Shown in pieces: positions 58,418 to 64,000 of a stretch of DNA of 64,000 nucleotides. Under the pieces are notes generated by a model. The model saw only the letters and a program-made list of their open reading frames with translations, searched no databases and had not been told where the DNA came from. Position 1 is the first letter of the stretch; each line of letters begins with the position of its first letter. The DNA comes from the human T2T-CHM13v2.0 reference genome, Homo sapiens, in assembly GCF_009914755.1 (NCBI RefSeq), contig NC_060941.1. One strand, 5' to 3'. Made by a program: the position numbers and the translations under genes.

Positions 58418-59565
58418 ACATCGTTGGTTATTATTTAAGACAGAGATGGAAAATCTTAGGATAGCTGGGGAAGAGGTGCTTCTGCTTTAGGTACAATGTC
58501 TTACAGACCCAGTGGATCTTGGTGTGACTAAGGCAGTGTGAATACATTCTCCCGTGGTGCATGGACTGGATAAGTTAATGCCACATGCATGATTTTGGGG
58601 GGCTGAAAAAGGATTTGAAACCCATCTTTTGACGTGTTGAAAGAAAATGATCTTTTCTCACTTGTTTTATCTTGCAAGGAAAGGATGATTAATGCCAACT
58701 TCAAGTTAATATATGAAGTTCTTTAGAAAAGAAGCCCTGTGGGTACTAATTAGTAGCAGCGTGGAGATTATTTTCCCATCCAGGGTGAATAGGGCTGCTT
58801 CTGTGCATTCTTTTTGCCAAGTGTGGGATGTCTAAGGTCCTGTGGAGAGAACCGCCCACTCGACTAGTGCTTAGCCCCTGGAACGTTCTCGAGTCATCTC
58901 CCCTTGGAGGAGATCAGCACTGTAGTGTGCCCTGTCGTCTGGCAGAGGGTCTGATAATGTCGCAATGCTCAACATCTGGGCAATACATACATTGTGTTAG
59001 GGTCTGAAATGAGATGTTTGTGAAGCCCAGATGGCAGAGTTTCAAGCAATAATATGATAAAGTTGGTGGCTTTTCTGGGAAGTTATTTATTATATGGTTA
59101 CTTGAGATTGTTTTTCCCCCACATCCCATCACAGGGCTGAAGATACCTTAAAATCTCTCTTACCCACTCTATTTTCTAGAAATTAAGTTTTTGCTTTTTA
59201 TTTCCTTGTCCCACTGACTCTAATTTCCTATAGGAATAAAATGTTTAGCTCAGCGGTGCAGAAGGTCCACACTAAGTTTTCTTGGGAAATGTGGCTTCCA
59301 CCCCTTCTCGATAGAATGCTAAGGTGCTGCTCTAGCTGCAGAACTCACTGGTGTGGCTGCTTCTGCTCCTTTACAGCTCAGCTCCATGGACTCTGTGTCT
59401 CTGTGGTTCTGTTTTAGAGTAGCCGTGTTTCACTTCCTTTAACCTTTCCTTTACCAAGTGAGTTAACATGGAAGCCTGTCTAAACAGAGGAGCCCCCAAG
59501 GCAGGAGAGGGGGTGCAAAATAAGCAATACTAAACTTTCATTTGAAAACCTGGAATTTGAAATAA

Positions 59566-60006
<441 letters not shown>

Positions 60007-60231
60007 TAGCTACCTTTTTGGTCTTCACTTAATAGCTGAGGATGTGGAGGCCTAGAGAGGTCAGAGAGATGGGTGGGCAGGTAGGTGAGTGGTGCAGCCA
60101 GGATGGGAACTCAAGTCTGTCTCAATCCAGAGCTCATGCTCTGATACGGCATTTCAGTAAATTCAGAAATTGGAGAAAATAGTGACTTAATCCCACACTT
60201 TAAAGCAACTGTTAAAATTTCTGGATTTTTT

Positions 60232-60832
60232 GCTGGGTGCAGTGGCTTGCACCTGAAATCCCAGCTACTCAGGAGGAGAAGAAGGAGGATTGCTTGAGAC
60301 CAGGAGTTCGAGAACAGCCTGGGAAACATAGCAAGGCCACTGTCTCCAAAATTTTGTAAAAAAATTTAGCCAGGTCTGGGTGTCGTAGGTCATGCCTCTA
60401 ATCCCAGCATTTTGGGAGGCTGAAACAGGTAGATCGCTTGAGCTCAGGAGTTCAAGACCAGCCTGGGCAGCATAGTGATACCTCATCTTTACAAAAAAAT
60501 CAAAACACAAGCTAAGTGTGGCGATGTGCACCTGTAGCACCAGCTACTCAGGAGGCTGATGTAAGAAGATCGCTTGAAATCAGGAGGTTGAGGCTACAGT
60601 GAGCTGTGATCATGCCACTACATTTCACCTTGGGCAACATAGCAAGACCCTGTCTCAAAAAACTAAAAATTAAAATAAGTAAATAAATAATTAGCCAGGT
60701 GTGGTGTTGCATGCCTGCAGTCCCAGCTACTCCAGAGGATCACTCGTACCTAGGAATTCAAGGTTACAATGAACTATGATCTCACTACTGCATTTCATTC
60801 TGAGTGACAGAGTATGACCCTGTTCTAAAAAA
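60232..60832 (+). mobile_element. AluJ with a second AluJ (about 60376-60689) nested at its linker
   Basis: Inner Alu flanked by the duplicated ttagccaggt. Confidence 0.85.
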
Positions 60833-60898
60833 ATTATATATTTCTTTCTACCTGTACAACTAGATATTATAGCATAAGGCTTTAAAATTGTTACATAG

Positions 60899-61209
<311 letters not shown>

Positions 61210-61523
61210 TGGTTTGACAAATATTTAATGGCATAAAATATTTTCTTAAGTGATTGGTCCATAAGTTATTTAACTATTCCCTGTTTTTTAAAATTAGGTT
61301 GCTTTTCCTTTTTTGTGTTTTGCTATTATAAGTAATAGATTAGTAACCGTCTTTGTCCATGGAACTTTCCTTATGTTTTTGGGTTGTATCTGTAGGGTAG
61401 ATTTTCAGATGTGGGATTACTGGGTAAAAGGGCATGACCATTTTAATGGTGCTTGGTGTGTGTTGCTAAATTACTTTATATCAACACAGTGTGGGGGAGC
61501 ACTTGTTTAATTTCATCCATTCC

Positions 61524-61614
61524 ACCAGCTGACAGTATCATGGGGAAAAAAGAGTAAGAAAAACAGAACCAGCCGACAGTATCACAGGGAAAAAAGAGTA
61601 AGAAAAACAGAACC
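61524..61614. repeat. 44-bp tandem duplication
   Basis: accagc(t/c)gacagtatca(tg/ca)gggaaaaaagagtaagaaaaacaga occurs twice. Confidence 0.9.
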
Positions 61615-62111
61615 TCTTTATGGTATTTTGCATTTCTTTTAATACAGCTAGGCTGAACATTTTTTACATGCTTGTTTACAAGTTGTACTTTCTCTTTTGA
61701 TCATTTTATGGGATCGTAATGCTGGCTTTTTGGGGCCAATTTATATGGGTAAGATTTATTTGCCATATTTTTGTCAGTTATTTTCCCCAGTCTATTGTTT
61801 ACCTCTTTAAAATTTTTAAAAAACATGCAGTCATTTAACATTTTTATGTAGTCAAATTGGTTTCATTTTTTTCGTAAGTCTTCTATGTTAGAGATCTAAG
61901 TTCTCTGCTTTTAAGGCATTTATGTTCTTCTAGTATTTTCTTTCATGGATGATGTGAAAGTAAATTTAAACTGGCTTTAAAAAATGCTAACCAGTTTTTC
62001 CAATATCATTTATGAGCAACTCTTATGTTTTCTAATATTTTATGATTTTCTCTTTTTATACTTCCAGCTTTTCTATTATATGATTTTTCTGGATTATTTG
62101 ATTATTTATAG

Positions 62112-62476
<365 letters not shown>

Positions 62477-62827
62477 TGTTGCTTTTATGATATGTAGAGA
62501 GAATGAGTTGTGTGGAGTAATACTGAGGCAACATAAGATTCTGGTTAAGCCCATAGGCACTGGAGGCAGATTGCTCAGCCTTAACTTCTCTGTCCCTCAG
62601 TCTTATTATCTGTAAAATGGGGATAAAATTAATAATAGTTTCTATTCCATAGGGTTGTTGGAGTGAGGAAACAAAAGCTAAATTAAAACACACACACACA
62701 CTGAAAAAGTATTTGATGTAGGTAGATGTGTAGAGAAAGTATTTGAAGCATATATAGATGACTCTATATACATGAGTATGGATTATATTACATATATACA
62801 TAAAAAGACATATGTATTTTTATAGAG

Positions 62828-62933
62828 TCAAACATGTCATTCTTTCCCTCTATGGCTTAAGACAACCTTTCATGTAATCTTGGGAGACAGGAAAGGTTGT
62901 CTTAGCCACAGAGGGAAAGAATGACACGTTTGA
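62828..62933. repeat. Near-perfect inverted repeat (44/43-bp arms, 19-nt spacer)
   Basis: 62828-62871 is the reverse complement of 62891-62933 with 2 substitutions and a 1-nt indel. Confidence 0.95.
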
Positions 62934-63660
62934 GTTGCATATGCAAAAAACTTGGTACATTGAAAGACAAGCGTGTGGCTGAGAGAAATACATGCAGCAC
63001 ACATACCACAAAGAGTACTACTCATAATAAATGATCCCAGCAATCAACTAGAAAAAACAGACACCAAAGAAAAATGGGCAAAGGTTATAAAAAAGCAATT
63101 CCTAGAAAAAGGAATATAGAAGGCCAATAAACATGCAATGTTCAACCTCAATAATAGTCATAGAAATGCAAATTCAAATACTCATGACGTGTCATTTCCC
63201 ATGCAACACATTGGCAAAAATGGAAAATATGAATAATGTTCCAGCATAGAGAGAATCATAGGAAGATGGGAACTGGCAATCATAACCAATGGGAACAAAA
63301 ATTAGTAAAGCTTTTTTGTATGGCAAATTTATAAAATCTATCAAAAGGTAAAATATGCATACCTTTGATTTGTCTTAGAAAAACACTGTACATGTTTTTA
63401 AGTAAGCATAAACAATACAAACATATTTATGTTAAAAATTGTATGTTAAAAATATAAGCTATATATTTTTATTTGTATGTATATAAAAATTCATTTAATA
63501 AAAAGCACTGGATGTGTGATATCAAACTGTTGTTTCCTGTGTCACCTCTGGAGAGAGAAGTAGACTAAGGGCCAGGTTGCTTTTTCCTCTTGCTAGATAT
63601 ACTTCTGTGTTTGAATATTTCATGAGTCTGAATTTGTGCATTTGTATAAAGTAAATAAAC
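62900..63660 (+). mobile_element. Old L1ME-like fragment, sense orientation
   Basis: gaaaaatgggcaaagg, ggccaataaacatg, tgttcaacctca, gaaatgcaaatt motifs. Confidence 0.65.
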
Positions 63661-64000
63661 AGGCATTTTTCCAGGCCCACAGGCAAGAAGATTCTTGGGA
63701 GCAGGATGCTAGCTGTAGAAGCTCAAGGTTGGGAAAGTGAGTGACAGATTTTGGGAAGAACAAGAATTTGGTGGCAGTATTTAAAGATGCTTAAAGGTCT
63801 TAACTTATGTTTTAGAAAAGGAAGCAACCCAAGAGGCATGGAGGAAAAGTTGCTTTATTGATGGGCGCCAACCTCTTCCATCTCCTGTGCCTGTTTTCAG
63901 GCTTTGTGCAGTTGCGTCCCCACACACGGCTCGTAGACGCCCCCGAGGCACTGTGCTCCTCACTTTCTTTTCCAACATGTGTTCCTTATCTCTGGTTTAT

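Overview
Primate (almost certainly human) genomic DNA, dominated by interspersed repeats: about 45 Alu/FLAM pieces, long fragmented L1MA/MB/MC/ME tracts, L2/MIR, several LTRs and DNA-transposon MITEs. No intact protein-coding gene is supported; nearly all ORFs in the track are Alu, L1 or LTR artefacts. Most Alu and L1 copies lie on the minus strand, consistent with a large intron of a plus-strand gene. A candidate exon at 2707-2822 recalls, from memory only, a 5' exon of SPECC1; this is unverified. Firm calls: a solo LTR12C (1012-2278, TSD AAAG), a CHCHD1 processed pseudogene (40969-41537, 16-bp TSD), and MITEs with clear TSDs. The most unusual signals are local sequence-copying scars: a 130-bp direct duplicate 4 kb apart, an inverted templated insertion in an L1, two inverted AluYs sharing private variants (probable gene conversion), and a 44-bp-arm hairpin. 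Also notable are a ~52-nt poly(A)-tailed retrocopy and two candidate alternative promoters/first exons. I found no convincing evidence of a novel multi-gene system. Repeat subfamily names are by recall, and the boundaries of old elements are approximate.
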